Shown: positions 9,190 through 19,886 of the stretch, piece after piece | Layout: each line of letters starts with the position of its first letter | Numbering within the stretch: position 1 is the first letter of the stretch | Assembly (NCBI GenBank): GCA_020831485.1 | Contig: JAFIGG010000007.1 | Coordinates: 5,952 to 69,951 of the forward strand | Direction: 5' to 3' | Origin: Opitutales bacterium | GTDB taxonomy: Bacteria > Verrucomicrobiota > Verrucomicrobiia > Opitutales > Oceanipulchritudinaceae | DNA: 64,000 nucleotides | Position numbers and translations under genes: made by a program | Notes under the pieces: model-generated | What the model was told of the DNA's origin: nothing | The model's input: the letters and a program-made list of their open reading frames with translations, nothing else | Databases searched by the model: none

Positions 9190-9990
9190 ATGAAAACCTA
9201 CCTCGATCTACTGCGCAAGGTCCGCGACCACGGTCAGCCGCGTTCCGACCGCACCGGCGTTGGTACGCTGGCCTGGTTTGGCGAACAGGTTCGCTACGAC
9301 CTCTGTCAGGGCTTCCCGCTGCTGACCACCAAAAAGCTTTACACCCGTGCCATCATTCATGAGCTGCTGTGGTTCCTCAACGGCGACACGAATATCGGCT
9401 ACCTGAAAGACAACCGGGTTTCCATCTGGGACGAATGGGCCGACGAAAACGGCGATCTGGGCCGCGTTTACGGAGCCCAGTGGACGGACTGGCGCTCCCC
9501 GGACGGGCGTTCGCACAATCAGATGGATGCCGTCATCCGCTCTATCCGTGAAAACCCGACCAGCCGCCGCCACATTGTCTGCGCCTGGAATCCGGGCGAA
9601 CTGGACCAGATGGCTCTGCCTCCCTGCCATGCTTTCTTCCAGTTTTTCGTCGATGTCGACCGCGGGCGCCTCAGCTGTCAGCTTTATCAGCGTAGCGCGG
9701 ACCTGTTTTTGGGAGTGCCCTTCAACATCGCTTCCTATGCCCTCCTGACGATGATGGTTGCACAGGTCTGCGAGCTCGAAGCCGGCGAATTCATCCATAC
9801 CTTCGGCGACCTCCACATTTATAAAAATCACCTCGAGCAGGTCGACGAACAGCTGAAGCGCACCCCGCGTCCGCTGCCGCGCATGCTGCTGAACCCAGAG
9901 GTGCGCAGCATCACGGGCTTCAAATACGAAGACTTTAAGCTGGAGGGCTACGACCCCCACCCCGCAATCAAGGCACCCATCGCGGTTTGA
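9190..9990 (+). CDS. thyA: Thymidylate synthase (ThyA type)
   Basis: [11 protein letters not shown]..., [17 protein letters not shown] (catalytic Cys), [16 protein letters not shown] and ...IKAPIAV are near-canonical ThyA motifs. Confidence 0.96.
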   Translation: MKTYLDLLRKVRDHGQPRSDRTGVGTLAWFGEQVRYDLCQGFPLLTTKKLYTRAIIHELLWFLNGDTNIGYLKDNRVSIWDEWADENGDLGRVYGAQWTDWRSPDGRSHNQMDAVIRSIRENPTSRRHIVCAWNPGELDQMALPPCHAFFQFFVDVDRGRLSCQLYQRSADLFLGVPFNIASYALLTMMVAQVCELEAGEFIHTFGDLHIYKNHLEQVDEQLKRTPRPLPRMLLNPEVRSITGFKYEDFKLEGYDPHPAIKAPIAV

Positions 9991-10535
9991 TCGCCTCCGC
10001 CCATTTCCAGACAATGCCCGACTCCCTCGCACATACGAATGTTTCCGCAGACAAGGTTCGCTCTCTCAACTGGAAGGCGATTGCCGCGATGTCCGAAAAC
10101 CGTGTCATCGGCAAGGATGGCCAATTGCCCTGGCACCTGCCCGAAGACTTCAAATGGGTGAAGACCTGCACCAAGGGTCAGGCGATCGCCATGGGCCGCA
10201 AGACCTTTGAGTCCATGGGCCGCGCCCTTCCCGGCCGAACCAATATCGTGCTCTCACGGCGTGCTTTCGAACACGCGGACTGCGTCCACCTGGCGAGTAT
10301 CGATGCGCTGGAGGACTACCAGAGTGACCGCGAAATCTGGATCTTCGGTGGTGCCGAGATTTATCGCCAATCCCTGACCCGTACGGCCGATCTCTACCTG
10401 ACCGTCGTCAGGGGAGAATTCGCGGGCGATGCCTTTTTTCCGGAGTTCGAAGACTGGTTTGACTGTGTCGAAAACGTTCGCGACGAACCGGAGTTTTCAA
10501 TCCTCCACTACCGCAACCGCCTCTTGCGCGGCTAA
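9987..10535 (+). CDS. folA: Dihydrofolate reductase
   Basis: [46 protein letters not shown] and [12 protein letters not shown]. The start overlaps the thyA stop (ATGA), but the exact start is uncertain. Confidence 0.88.
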   Translation: MIASAHFQTMPDSLAHTNVSADKVRSLNWKAIAAMSENRVIGKDGQLPWHLPEDFKWVKTCTKGQAIAMGRKTFESMGRALPGRTNIVLSRRAFEHADCVHLASIDALEDYQSDREIWIFGGAEIYRQSLTRTADLYLTVVRGEFAGDAFFPEFEDWFDCVENVRDEPEFSILHYRNRLLRG

Positions 10536-10552
10536 CGGATTTCAGGAAAAAG

Positions 10553-10771
10553 TCAGCGACGGGACCGCTCCGGTGGCCGCACCAGGCAGCCGCAGCCGCG
10601 GCCGCAACACTTGCCACGCCGGGACTCGCGCAACTGACGCCAGCCCAGCCAGGAAACCAGGCAGGCGGCCGCGATCCAAAAAAAGGCCCAGAAAATCATG
10701 CGCCTACCATGGCCCCAGCTGTGGGAAAATGCAATCCCCTTGCGCTGGATTAAGGGTTTGATCTCTGGCAA
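10553..10771 (-). CDS. Small membrane protein with a Cys-rich tail (possibly FeoB-associated Cys-rich type)
   Basis: From Met25 (nt 10699) it reads MIFWAFFWIAAACLVSWLGW, which is one TM helix, followed by ...RRGKCCGRGCGC. This resembles from memory the small FeoB-associated Cys-rich family. No feoB is nearby. Confidence 0.3.
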   Translation of the reverse strand: MPEIKPLIQRKGIAFSHSWGHGRRMIFWAFFWIAAACLVSWLGWRQLRESRRGKCCGRGCGCLVRPPERSRR

Positions 10772-10799
10772 AGATCAGCTAGCTTGATCTGTTCAATCC

Positions 10800-11699
10800 A
10801 TGACTATGTCTATTCCAAGCTATCAAGGTGTCTACACCGCTCTGATCACGCCCATGCGCGGGGATGAGATCCTTTGGGACGTCCTCAAAGCGCACGTCGA
10901 GGGTCAGATTGCGGCGGGGGTCGACGGGCTGGTTCCGGTCGGCACGACCGGCGAATCGCCCACACTCGACATGGCAGAGCACCTCAAGGTTATCGAAACC
11001 GTCGCCGAAGTCGCCAAGGGTCGGGTCCCGGTCATCGCCGGAACCGGTGCCAACGCGACTTCCGAGGCGCTGCACCTGAGCCGGGAAGCGATCAAGGCCG
11101 GGGCCGACGCCCTGCTTCAGGTCGCCCCTTACTACAACAAGCCGAGTCAGGAGGGTCTCTACCGCCACTTCGCCAAGGTTGCGGACTCGACCGACAAGCC
11201 CATCATTTTGTATTCCATTCCCGGCCGCTGCGGCATCGAAATCGGCGTCGGCACCGTTCAGCGGCTCGCCGAAGCCTATCCCCATGTGCGCACTATCAAG
11301 GAAGCGGGTGGAGACGTTACCCGGGTCACTGCACTGCGCCAGGCATGTGGAGACAAGCTGACCGTGCTCAGCGGTGACGACGGCTTGATCCTTCCATTTA
11401 TCGCCGCCGGAGCCACGGGCATTGTCAGCGTTGCGGCCAACCTTGCGCCAGGCATCATCAAGGCGATTACAAAGGCCATGCTGCAAGGCCAGCAGGCCAA
11501 GGCCCTGGAGCTACAGGACCAGCACCTGCCACTCCTTACCGATGTGGTCTTTATGGAGGGCAATCCGGTGACCATCAAGGAAGCCATGGCCTACCTCGGC
11601 AAGATCCCTACTGCGGATGTGCGCCTGCCACTTTGGCACATGGAAAGCGGCAACCGAAACCGACTGCATCAGATCCTCGATCGCCTCAACCTGTCCTGA
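10800..11699 (+). CDS. dapA: 4-hydroxy-tetrahydrodipicolinate synthase
   Basis: GVYTALITPM, VDGLVPVGTTGESPTL, YYNKPSQEGLYRHF and IKEAGG (active-site Lys context). Confidence 0.92.
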   Translation: MTMSIPSYQGVYTALITPMRGDEILWDVLKAHVEGQIAAGVDGLVPVGTTGESPTLDMAEHLKVIETVAEVAKGRVPVIAGTGANATSEALHLSREAIKAGADALLQVAPYYNKPSQEGLYRHFAKVADSTDKPIILYSIPGRCGIEIGVGTVQRLAEAYPHVRTIKEAGGDVTRVTALRQACGDKLTVLSGDDGLILPFIAAGATGIVSVAANLAPGIIKAITKAMLQGQQAKALELQDQHLPLLTDVVFMEGNPVTIKEAMAYLGKIPTADVRLPLWHMESGNRNRLHQILDRLNLS

Positions 11700-11701
11700 T
11701 C

Positions 11702-12436
11702 ATGGCCAATCCGCGAATTCTGCTATCCGGCGCCAAAGGGCGCATGGGTGTTGCCATTGCTGAACAGGCCTCTGCCGCAAACTTCGATATCGCCGGCGCC
11801 ATTGACATCGGTGACAACCCTGCGGACTTGATTGCAAACTGCGATGTGGTCATCGACTTCAGCCACCATACCGCCACGGCAGCACTGGTTGCACTCGCCG
11901 CACAGCACGGCAAAGCGGTTGTAATCGGCACGACCGGCCACAGCGAAGCCGAGAAGAAGGACATCCTGGCCCACCAATCGACGATTCCCATTGTCTGGGC
12001 GGGCAATTATTCCGTCGGCGTCAACTTGCTGTTTTTCCTCACCCAGAAAGCCGCCGAGATTCTCGGCCAGGATTACCATCCGGAAATCCTGGAACTGCAC
12101 CACTGCCACAAAAAGGATGCCCCTAGCGGGACCGCCCTGAACCTCGCGGAAGCGATACAGTCGGCCGCTGATTTTCAGGATTCCCCTCTGCGCAACGGCC
12201 GCGAGGGCGTCACCGGCGAACGGGATCCGAAAGAAATCGGCATGCACGCCATCCGGGGAGGCGAAATCGTCGGTGAGCACACGGCATTTTTCATCGGTCC
12301 CAACGACCGCATCGAACTGACCCACCGCGCCTCTGACCGGGGCATCTTTGCCTCCGGGGCCCTGCGCGCAGCCGCCTGGGCGACCCAACAGGCTGCAGGT
12401 CTCTACAATATGCGCGACGTACTCGGCTTCCGATGA
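11702..12436 (+). CDS. dapB: 4-hydroxy-tetrahydrodipicolinate reductase
   Basis: MANPRILLSGAKGRMG Rossmann N-terminus, VVIGTTG and ELHHCHKKDAPSGTAL catalytic motif. Start taken at the Met 2 nt after the dapA stop. Confidence 0.9.
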   Translation: MANPRILLSGAKGRMGVAIAEQASAANFDIAGAIDIGDNPADLIANCDVVIDFSHHTATAALVALAAQHGKAVVIGTTGHSEAEKKDILAHQSTIPIVWAGNYSVGVNLLFFLTQKAAEILGQDYHPEILELHHCHKKDAPSGTALNLAEAIQSAADFQDSPLRNGREGVTGERDPKEIGMHAIRGGEIVGEHTAFFIGPNDRIELTHRASDRGIFASGALRAAAWATQQAAGLYNMRDVLGFR

Positions 12437-13053
12437 TCGTCTTTCTGGAGGGCATTCTGGAAGAGGCCACGCCTCTGTCCGCAGTCATCAATGCCAATGG
12501 CATCGGCTACGGCCTGCACATCCCTGTAACCACCGCTGAGAAGCTTCCATCCATCGGCAGTCGCGTGCGCCTGCACGTGCACGCGGTTTACCGCGAGGAC
12601 TCTCAGACACTCTACGGATTCGCCGACCGCGAAGAACGTGCCTTTTTCCAGCTGCTGACCGAAAAAGTCAGTGGCATCGGCCCCAAAATCGCGCTCAACA
12701 TGCTCAGCCGCCTCTCCCTTTCCATGCTGCAGAGCGCCATTGCCGCAGGCGATTCGGCACTGCTGGCAAAGTGCCAGGGCATCGGCAAGAAAACCGCCGA
12801 ACGCGTCTGCGTGGAACTGCGTGACCACGTCGCCAAAAGCCTCGGCGCATCCGCACAGTCTGCCGCCGCCGAGACATCCACCGCTAGCCCGGCAAACCAG
12901 GCTGCGGCCAGCGATCAGATCAGCGATGCCGTCGCCGCCCTCATGCAGCTCGGCTATAAATTGGATGTCGCCGACAAGGCCGTGCGCAAGGCAGTCAAAG
13001 AGCTCGGTTCGGAAACCAGCACTGAGGCCCTGATCAAAGCGGCCTTGCGCTAG
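12433..13053 (+). CDS. ruvA: Holliday junction branch migration complex subunit RuvA
   Basis: MIVFLEGIL..., helix-hairpin-helix GIGPKIALNML / CQGIGKKTAERV and a C-terminal domain III ...ALMQLGYK. Overlaps the dapB stop. Confidence 0.9.
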   Translation: MIVFLEGILEEATPLSAVINANGIGYGLHIPVTTAEKLPSIGSRVRLHVHAVYREDSQTLYGFADREERAFFQLLTEKVSGIGPKIALNMLSRLSLSMLQSAIAAGDSALLAKCQGIGKKTAERVCVELRDHVAKSLGASAQSAAAETSTASPANQAAASDQISDAVAALMQLGYKLDVADKAVRKAVKELGSETSTEALIKAALR

Positions 13054-13092
13054 TGGTTCGAACCACCAGTGGCGCGACCAATATCCTTTTAC

Positions 13093-14598
13093 TTAAGATT
13101 CGATCTGGGGACGCTTGGGGTCCGGCCAATCGATGTGAAAGTATTTGCCCCGCGGCTGATCCACGCGCTCGTAAGTGTGCGCACCGAAGTAATCGCGCTG
13201 GGCCTGAAGCAGGTTTTGCGGCAGGCGGGAGGTGCGGTAGCCATCGTAGTAGCTCAACGCACTGCTAAAGGTCGGAATGCTGATACCCGCCTGTGAGGCC
13301 ACGCCCACTACCTTGCGCCAGTTGGCCTGGGCCTTTTGAATGCTATCGTTGAAATAGGGATCCAGCAAGAGGTTGGCGAGATTGGCATCCCGTGCATAGG
13401 CCTCAGTGATCTTCTGTAGGAACGCCGCACGAATGATGCAACCGCCCCGGAAAATCTGCGCGATCTCGCCAAAATTCAGCGTCCAACCGTATTCCTTCTG
13501 CGCTTCGCGCATCAGTTGAAAGCCCTGCGCATAGGAACAAATCTTCGCACAATATAAAGCGTCGTGCACCGCCTGGATGAATTCCTTACGGTCGCCTTCG
13601 AACTTGAAGCCCTCAGGCCCTTTCAAAATCGGCTCGGCAGCTACGCGCTCCTCCTTGATCGCACTCAGGCAGCGGGCGAACACCGCTTCGGCAATCGTTG
13701 GCGCCGGAACACCCATGTCCAGAGCGTTAACACTGGTCCACTTGCCCGTGCCCTTCTGGCCGGCGGTGTCCAAAACGATGTCGACAAAAGCCTTGCCCGA
13801 AACCGGGTCGGTCTGCTTGAGGATGTCAGCGGTAATTTCGACCAGAAAACTGTCGAGCTGGCCCTTGTTCCACTCGTCGAAGACTTCACCCATTTCGGCC
13901 GGCGTCATGCCCAGCACGCCCTGCATCAGGTCATAGGCTTCGCAGATCATCTGCATATCGCCGTACTCAATCCCGTTGTGCACCATTTTCACATAGTGCC
14001 CGGCACCGTTTTCACCGATGTAAGCCGTACAGGGAACACCGCCCTCGACCGGTTTACCCGGCTCTGCGCCTTCCAGCGGGCGACCAGTGTCCGGGTCGAC
14101 TTTGGCGGCAATAGCCTTCCAAATAGGCTCCAGATACTGCCAGGCCTCGGGCGTGCCACCCGGCATCAAACTCGGGCCAAAGCGCGCGCCCTCTTCACCA
14201 CCGGAAACACCGCTGCCGATGAAACGCAGCTTTTTCGCAGTCAACTCCTGCTCGCGGCGAATCGTGTCCGTCCACTTCGCATTGCCACCGTCGATGATAA
14301 TGTCGCCCTCTTCCAACAATGGAATCAAGCCTTCGATCACCTTGTCAGTCGGGCCACCAGCCTGAACGAGAATGATGACCTTGCGGGGCCGTTTCAGCGA
14401 TTTGACGAAACCTTCCAGCGTCGCTTCCCCGTGCAGACCACCCGGAGTGTTCGGGTGCTTCGACACGAATGCCTCCATTTTTTCGGTTGTGCGGTTATAA
14501 ACCGAGATCCGAAAACCGTGGTCCGCGATGTTCAGCGCCAGATTCTGACCCATCACTGCGAGTCCGATGAGTCCAATGTCAGAGAGTTCGTTAGCCAT
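13093..14598 (-). CDS. gnd: 6-phosphogluconate dehydrogenase, decarboxylating
   Basis: [56 protein letters not shown] and [16 protein letters not shown]. Confidence 0.94.
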   Translation of the reverse strand: MANELSDIGLIGLAVMGQNLALNIADHGFRISVYNRTTEKMEAFVSKHPNTPGGLHGEATLEGFVKSLKRPRKVIILVQAGGPTDKVIEGLIPLLEEGDIIIDGGNAKWTDTIRREQELTAKKLRFIGSGVSGGEEGARFGPSLMPGGTPEAWQYLEPIWKAIAAKVDPDTGRPLEGAEPGKPVEGGVPCTAYIGENGAGHYVKMVHNGIEYGDMQMICEAYDLMQGVLGMTPAEMGEVFDEWNKGQLDSFLVEITADILKQTDPVSGKAFVDIVLDTAGQKGTGKWTSVNALDMGVPAPTIAEAVFARCLSAIKEERVAAEPILKGPEGFKFEGDRKEFIQAVHDALYCAKICSYAQGFQLMREAQKEYGWTLNFGEIAQIFRGGCIIRAAFLQKITEAYARDANLANLLLDPYFNDSIQKAQANWRKVVGVASQAGISIPTFSSALSYYDGYRTSRLPQNLLQAQRDYFGAHTYERVDQPRGKYFHIDWPDPKRPQIES

Positions 14599-14678
14599 AA
14601 TAATAGATGCGTTAAACCCTCTTTTAGATAGAACCTTACACGTGTTGGCAAGCTTCTTTCGGCCTTGCCGCCGCTGTT

Positions 14679-15356
14679 TCAGCCGACTGCCGCAATCAAA
14701 GCGCGACGCAATGCCCGAATATCGCGGAAGACCGGAACCTGCATAGCCTCCAATTTTTCAAACGGATGCGCCCCACTTGCGAGCAAGAGGCAATCACAGC
14801 CCATCGCCGCAGCAACCTCCGCATCGTGGACCGTATCGCCGACCATCAAGACCTGCGCAGGATCGCAAGCGAGCTCACGGATCCATTGCTGCCCCCGGGC
14901 TATCTTTCCCGGAGCAAGGATGGTATCAATCCCGTTGACCGCAATAAAGTAGCCATTGAGCCCGTGCAGATGGATCAATCGGTCGAGATGATCCTGGCGA
15001 CTCGCGCTCAAAATTGACTGGGTGCAGCCCGTCTGCCGGACCGTCTGCAGCAGAGCTTCCACCCCGGTGTGGAGCGGACAGGTCCCTACCCGCTCCTGAT
15101 AACGTCCAATAAAAATTTCTGACAGCCTCTCAAACGACTCCAGATCGAGATCGAAGCCAAGACGCTCGTAAAAACGCAGCACCGGAAAATCAAAGGCCTT
15201 GCGATGGGCCTCCAAAGTCCATGCCTCTCTTCCCCTTTCCTCAAGCATTTCGTTGATGATATCCGCACAAAGACGGGTATCGTCCAGCAAGGTGCCGTTC
15301 CAATCCCAGATTAGGTGGCGGTATTGCAAGCGTGAATTGTCGGAGAAAGAGATCAT
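14679..15356 (-). CDS. HAD-superfamily hydrolase (phosphoglycolate-phosphatase-like)
   Basis: Motif I is [11 protein letters not shown], motif II is ILSAS and motif IV is [12 protein letters not shown]. 225 aa. Confidence 0.8.
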   Translation of the reverse strand: MISFSDNSRLQYRHLIWDWNGTLLDDTRLCADIINEMLEERGREAWTLEAHRKAFDFPVLRFYERLGFDLDLESFERLSEIFIGRYQERVGTCPLHTGVEALLQTVRQTGCTQSILSASRQDHLDRLIHLHGLNGYFIAVNGIDTILAPGKIARGQQWIRELACDPAQVLMVGDTVHDAEVAAAMGCDCLLLASGAHPFEKLEAMQVPVFRDIRALRRALIAAVG

Positions 15357-15470
15357 TCAAAACTAATGAACATATTATCACACTTTGGCCTTGCAAAGAT
15401 TGCAAGAGAAAATGATGTTACGCGGGAAACCTTATTGCAATCGCTAACAACCTCGCACTTGAATTGATCC

Positions 15471-16541
15471 ATGGCCAAAGCATCCTCCAAATCCGCACCG
15501 GAATCCGGTAAGAAAGCCCTTGATTTCGCTCTTTCGGCAATCAACAAACAATTTGGCGAGGGCGCCATCATGCGCCTGGGGGCCTCCACCATTGCGGACA
15601 TTCCCGTGATCGCAACCGGCTGCCCTTCCATCGACCTCGCTCTCGGCGTGGGTGGGCTGCCCAAGGGCCGCATCTGTGAGATTTACGGACCGGAATCTTC
15701 AGGGAAAACAACCCTTTGTCTGGCACTCATCGCACAGGCGCAGCGCGCAGGTGGAAATGCTGTATTCGTCGACGTCGAGCACGCACTGGATCCGCGCTAC
15801 GCGCGCACTGTTGGAGTCGACATTGAGAACCTGATGGTTTCCCAGCCGGAAAGCGGCGAGGATGCCCTCAACATCACCGAAACCCTTATTCGCAGTGGCG
15901 CCATCGATATCATAGTGATCGACTCCGTGGCCGCATTGGTCTCCAAAAACGAACTGGATGGGCAATTTGGCGACAGCACCGTCGGCCTTCAGGCCCGTAT
16001 GATGAGTCAGGCCATGCGTCGCCTCACCGCCGCCATCAACCGGACCCAGTGCGTCTGCCTATTCACCAATCAGATCCGTGAAAAGATTGGCGTTATGTTC
16101 GGCAGCCCGGAAACCCAGCCCGGCGGTCGCGCACTCAAGTTTTTCGCCTCCATTCGCATGGACATTCGCCGCATCGGCCAGATCAAGGAAACCTCCGGCA
16201 AGGTCATCGGCAACCGCACCCGCCTCAAGGTGGTCAAAAACAAAGTCGCCCCACCCTTCACGGAGTGTGAATTCGACATCATGTATAATGAGGGCATCTC
16301 GCGCACCGGATCCGTGCTCGATCTCGGCATCGAGCACAAGATTCTGGAAAAGAAGGGCTCCTGGATCTCCTACGATGGCAACCTTATCGGTCAAGGCCGT
16401 GAAGCGGCCAAACAATACCTGATGGAGAACACCGAGGTCTTTGAAAAGATCCGTGAGGCCATCTACGCGACAGTGAAAGTCGCCGGCGGTTCCAGCCTCG
16501 CCGCGACACAAGACAAGAATGCGGATGACGACGAGTCCTGA
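15471..16541 (+). CDS. recA: Recombinase RecA
   Basis: [53 protein letters not shown] and [25 protein letters not shown]. Confidence 0.97.
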   Translation: MAKASSKSAPESGKKALDFALSAINKQFGEGAIMRLGASTIADIPVIATGCPSIDLALGVGGLPKGRICEIYGPESSGKTTLCLALIAQAQRAGGNAVFVDVEHALDPRYARTVGVDIENLMVSQPESGEDALNITETLIRSGAIDIIVIDSVAALVSKNELDGQFGDSTVGLQARMMSQAMRRLTAAINRTQCVCLFTNQIREKIGVMFGSPETQPGGRALKFFASIRMDIRRIGQIKETSGKVIGNRTRLKVVKNKVAPPFTECEFDIMYNEGISRTGSVLDLGIEHKILEKKGSWISYDGNLIGQGREAAKQYLMENTEVFEKIREAIYATVKVAGGSSLAATQDKNADDDES

Positions 16542-17892
16542 GGATACCATTGTCGCCCCGGCCACCGCCGACGGCGAAGCCGCGCTGGCCATAGTCCGGG
16601 TCAGCGGGCCGGCGGCCTTGGATCTGACAGCAGCAGCCCTCGATCGCCCCACGGAAAAGATCGTTCCGCGACGGGCCTCATTGGGTAGCTACAAAGACGG
16701 TGCAAATCAGGCGCTCGACCAGCTAGTTTACATTTTTTATCCGGATAAACAGAGTTTTACCGGTGAACCCATGGTTGAATGGATGTGCCACGGCAATCCT
16801 CTGATAGTACAGAAGATCGTCGAAGACCTGATTCAGCGAGGCTGCCGTCTCGCTGAGCCCGGGGAATTCACCCGCCGCGCATTCCTCAACGGCCGTATGG
16901 ACCTCAGCCAGGCAGAGGCCGTTTCCGACCTCATCCGTGCCCGCAGCGACAAAGCCCTCGATGCCGCCCGCAGACAGCTGGAAGGAACCGTTGGCAATAA
17001 AATTAACCAGTTGATAGCAAAGATCTTAACGACTACGGCACAACTTGAAGCCTACATTGATTTTCCAGAGGAAGACCTGCCACCGGAGGACCAGGAAGGC
17101 CCCCGCAAGAACCTGCGGGATATCGATGAAGAACTGCAGAATCTATCCGCCACCCGACACTATCGCAACCTCCTGACCGAAGGCATCCGAACTGTCATAC
17201 TCGGGGCACCAAATGCCGGCAAAAGCAGTCTGCTCAATGCCCTGGTCGGTGAAGATCGCGCCATCGTGAGCAACCTGCCGGGAACGACCCGGGATTACAT
17301 CGTCGAGCGAATCCTGATTGGTCCTTACCTGCTCAATATCATGGACACAGCGGGGATTCACACAACCGAATCGGAAATAGAACTCATTGGTATTCAACAC
17401 ACTATGGAACAAGCAAAAAAAGCGGATCTCTGTCTGCTCGTGCTGGATCACAGCGCGCCAAACCCCACGGTCCCTGCGGAACTCAAGTCCGTACTGGACC
17501 AGACCCCTTCCATAGTGATCGAAAACAAGTGTGACCTCGCCAGGGATTCAAGCTTTCAAAATCCCCTACCCCAGTCACCCTGCATTGCCGTTTCGGCCCT
17601 TAAAGGTCAGGGCATGGATGCCCTGCGCCAACAAATCCAAGAGCAGGTTGAAAAAGGCATTGCCGTCCCCCACCCCGACGCCGTTCTCGTTTCCGCCCGA
17701 CATGCCCAGGCACTGGACCTCGCGCGCAGCCACATCGAGAGCTCACTGTCATTGTTGTCTGCGGACGAACCCGCCGAGCTTGCCGCCCAGGAACTCCACC
17801 TTGCGATCGACGCTATGGGTCAGGTCATCGGGAAGATTGACAATGAATCGATGCTGGATGAGCTTTTCCGATCCTTCTGCATCGGAAAATGA
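16519..17892 (+). CDS. mnmE: tRNA modification GTPase MnmE
   Basis: [17 protein letters not shown]-domain [14 protein letters not shown] / DTAG / NKCD and the C-terminal FCIGK motif. Confidence 0.93.
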   Translation: MRMTTSPEDTIVAPATADGEAALAIVRVSGPAALDLTAAALDRPTEKIVPRRASLGSYKDGANQALDQLVYIFYPDKQSFTGEPMVEWMCHGNPLIVQKIVEDLIQRGCRLAEPGEFTRRAFLNGRMDLSQAEAVSDLIRARSDKALDAARRQLEGTVGNKINQLIAKILTTTAQLEAYIDFPEEDLPPEDQEGPRKNLRDIDEELQNLSATRHYRNLLTEGIRTVILGAPNAGKSSLLNALVGEDRAIVSNLPGTTRDYIVERILIGPYLLNIMDTAGIHTTESEIELIGIQHTMEQAKKADLCLLVLDHSAPNPTVPAELKSVLDQTPSIVIENKCDLARDSSFQNPLPQSPCIAVSALKGQGMDALRQQIQEQVEKGIAVPHPDAVLVSARHAQALDLARSHIESSLSLLSADEPAELAAQELHLAIDAMGQVIGKIDNESMLDELFRSFCIGK

Positions 17893-19793
17893 GCAACTTC
17901 TCTCTAAACTACGAAATCATTGTCTGTGGCGCTGGCCACGCTGGCTGTGAGGCGGCTTTGGCCGCCGCACGCATGGGCGCACGCACCCTACTCCTTTCCG
18001 GCAATATAGACACCATTGCACAAATGAGTTGCAACCCTGCCATCGGCGGGCTTGCCAAAGGCCATATGGTCCGCGAAATTGATGCTCTCGGCGGAGAGAT
18101 GGGATTGAACACAGACCTGACCTCTATTCAGTTCCGTTTGCTCAATGCCTCCAAAGGACCTGCCGTTCAAGCGCCCCGTGCTCAATGCGATAAAAAGGCC
18201 TATCAATTCCGCATGAAACACGTTTTGGAAAGTATGCCCAATCTGGACGTCTTTCAAGCGATGGTCACTGGGCTAATTTTCAAGAACGGAAAAGTCGTTG
18301 GGGTCAACACCCAGCTCAACGTCGACTTCTTCGCAAAGGCTGTTGTCGTCACAACCGGAACATTTCTTCGCGCACTCATGCACATTGGCAAAACCAAGTC
18401 CGCTGGCGGCCGGATGGGTGATTTCAGCGCGCAAACTCTATCAAACAGCTTCATTGAGGCCGGAATAGAGCTGGATCGCCTCAAAACCGGTACTCCGTGC
18501 CGTTTACTTGGCTCATCTATTGACTTCAGACAGATGGAGGTTCAGCCCGGAGATGAAGAACCAACCGTCTTCGCCTTTTACGACACCCGCTTTGGAGAGC
18601 CAGTGTTCCACGTGGAACAAAACACCAAAACTTTAAACCCGGACATCCTTCGCCAATTGTTCCACGTGGAACATCACGGACAAAAGTACCTTGGCTGGCC
18701 ACCCGGAACCAACCAGGTTCCCTGCTACGTGACCTATACGGGCCCGGAAACTGCCCGTGTCGTTAACTGCAACCTGCATCAGTCCGCCATGTATTCCGGC
18801 GAAATCGAAGGCACAGGTCCTCGATATTGCCCAAGCATCGAGGATAAATTCGTGCGGTTTAAGGAAAAAGAGCAGCACCGCCTGTTCATAGAGCCTGAAG
18901 GCCGTAATACAGACGAATGGTATATTAATGGCCTTTCAACCAGCCTGCCATTCGATGTGCAGTATGAAATGCTGCATTCCATCCCCGGACTGGAAAGGGC
19001 CCACATGCTAAGGCCAGCCTACGCGGTTGAATACGACTATGCACAACCGACCCAGCTATATCCCAGCCTGGAATCCAAGAAAGTTGAAAACCTGTTCTTC
19101 GCCGGCCAAATCAACGGCACCTCGGGCTATGAAGAGGCCGGAGCACAGGGATTGATAGCTGGAATCAATGCAGTCTTAAAACTAAGGGACGAGCAACCGG
19201 TCATTCTCAACCGATACGACGGCTACATCGGCGTGCTTATTGACGACCTGGTAACCAAAGGCACCACGGAGCCATACCGCATGTTTACAAGCCGCGCGGA
19301 GCATAGACTCTTATTCAATCACGCCAGCGCTGAAATACGGCTGGCCGAAATTGTAGCCCGCTGCAACTTGGTTCCAGACGAACGTCTGGCAAGAATAAAG
19401 GAAAAGAAATCGGTGGTTGAACACTGGACCGACAAGCTTGAAACATCCTATACATCGGGCGGATCCTACGGAGACCTAATCCGAAAAGGGCAGGGGACTG
19501 ATATCCTTCCCGAAGCCTGCCGAACCGTTGGCAGCCACATCCTCGAAGAGATTATCTACCGCGTTCGCTACAAAGGCTACCTCGAGAGAGAGCACCGAAT
19601 GATCCAAAAAATGGCCCGAACAAACCACTTGAAAATTCCTGAATCATTTGATTATCAACAAGTTAAAGGCTTAAGGGCTGAAAGTGCGCAGAAACTGGCA
19701 GACATTCGACCAGCCACCCTGGGACAGGCTTCACGTATTTCAGGAGTCAACCCTACGGACATCTCGATTCTGATGATTGCACTCGGCCGCTAG
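17889..19793 (+). CDS. mnmG: tRNA uridine 5-carboxymethylaminomethyl modification enzyme MnmG (GidA)
   Basis: [26 protein letters not shown] fold, [47 protein letters not shown] and [11 protein letters not shown]. Carries a 45-aa segment between VFAF and QVPCY that contains the two parS sites. Confidence 0.96.
   Translation: MSNFSLNYEIIVCGAGHAGCEAALAAARMGARTLLLSGNIDTIAQMSCNPAIGGLAKGHMVREIDALGGEMGLNTDLTSIQFRLLNASKGPAVQAPRAQCDKKAYQFRMKHVLESMPNLDVFQAMVTGLIFKNGKVVGVNTQLNVDFFAKAVVVTTGTFLRALMHIGKTKSAGGRMGDFSAQTLSNSFIEAGIELDRLKTGTPCRLLGSSIDFRQMEVQPGDEEPTVFAFYDTRFGEPVFHVEQNTKTLNPDILRQLFHVEHHGQKYLGWPPGTNQVPCYVTYTGPETARVVNCNLHQSAMYSGEIEGTGPRYCPSIEDKFVRFKEKEQHRLFIEPEGRNTDEWYINGLSTSLPFDVQYEMLHSIPGLERAHMLRPAYAVEYDYAQPTQLYPSLESKKVENLFFAGQINGTSGYEEAGAQGLIAGINAVLKLRDEQPVILNRYDGYIGVLIDDLVTKGTTEPYRMFTSRAEHRLLFNHASAEIRLAEIVARCNLVPDERLARIKEKKSVVEHWTDKLETSYTSGGSYGDLIRKGQGTDILPEACRTVGSHILEEIIYRVRYKGYLEREHRMIQKMARTNHLKIPESFDYQQVKGLRAESAQKLADIRPATLGQASRISGVNPTDISILMIALGR
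18604..18619. promoter_or_regulatory. parS (ParB/Spo0J binding) site 1
   Basis: Perfect palindrome TGTTCCACGTGGAACA, to be compared with the parS consensus TGTTNCACGTGAAACA. Coordinates verified against the mnmG frame (V239-Q244 = VFHVEQ). Confidence 0.8.
18658..18673. promoter_or_regulatory. parS (ParB/Spo0J binding) site 2
   Basis: Identical 16-mer TGTTCCACGTGGAACA, 54 bp from site 1. Read in frame as LFHVEH (L257-H262). Confidence 0.8.
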
Positions 19794-19886
19794 CGGTTCG
19801 ACCATTAAATTGTTTCCACTTTTGCGAGAGCGCCAAAGGGACTTCATTCATTTTATTGGTTTGCCCTCAGCGGTTTTCGGGTTGAA

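Noticed and set aside
13564-14631. 355-aa plus-strand ORF antisense to gnd. Similar antisense ORFs lie at 5082..6065 (rho), 9208..10032 (thyA), 10779..11486 (dapA), 26605..27501 (atpG), 27842..28588 (atpD), 34883..35797 (pyrG), 39656..40516 (dxs) and 43725..44459 (queG)
   Set aside because: All lie opposite strongly conserved housekeeping genes and have no recognisable motifs. High GC suppresses stop codons on the antisense strand.
15357-15470. SOS box upstream of recA
   Set aside because: Only a weak GAACATATTATC half-match and a TTGCAA-N4-TTGCAA direct repeat are present. There is no convincing palindrome of any LexA class I know.
18604-18673. Reading the TGTTC...GAACA palindromes as LexA/SOS boxes (a TGTTC-N4-GAACA-type motif has been proposed for Verrucomicrobia)
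   Set aside because: The spacing here is N6 with a central CACGTG core, which matches parS rather than a LexA box. The sites are inside mnmG, not in a promoter.
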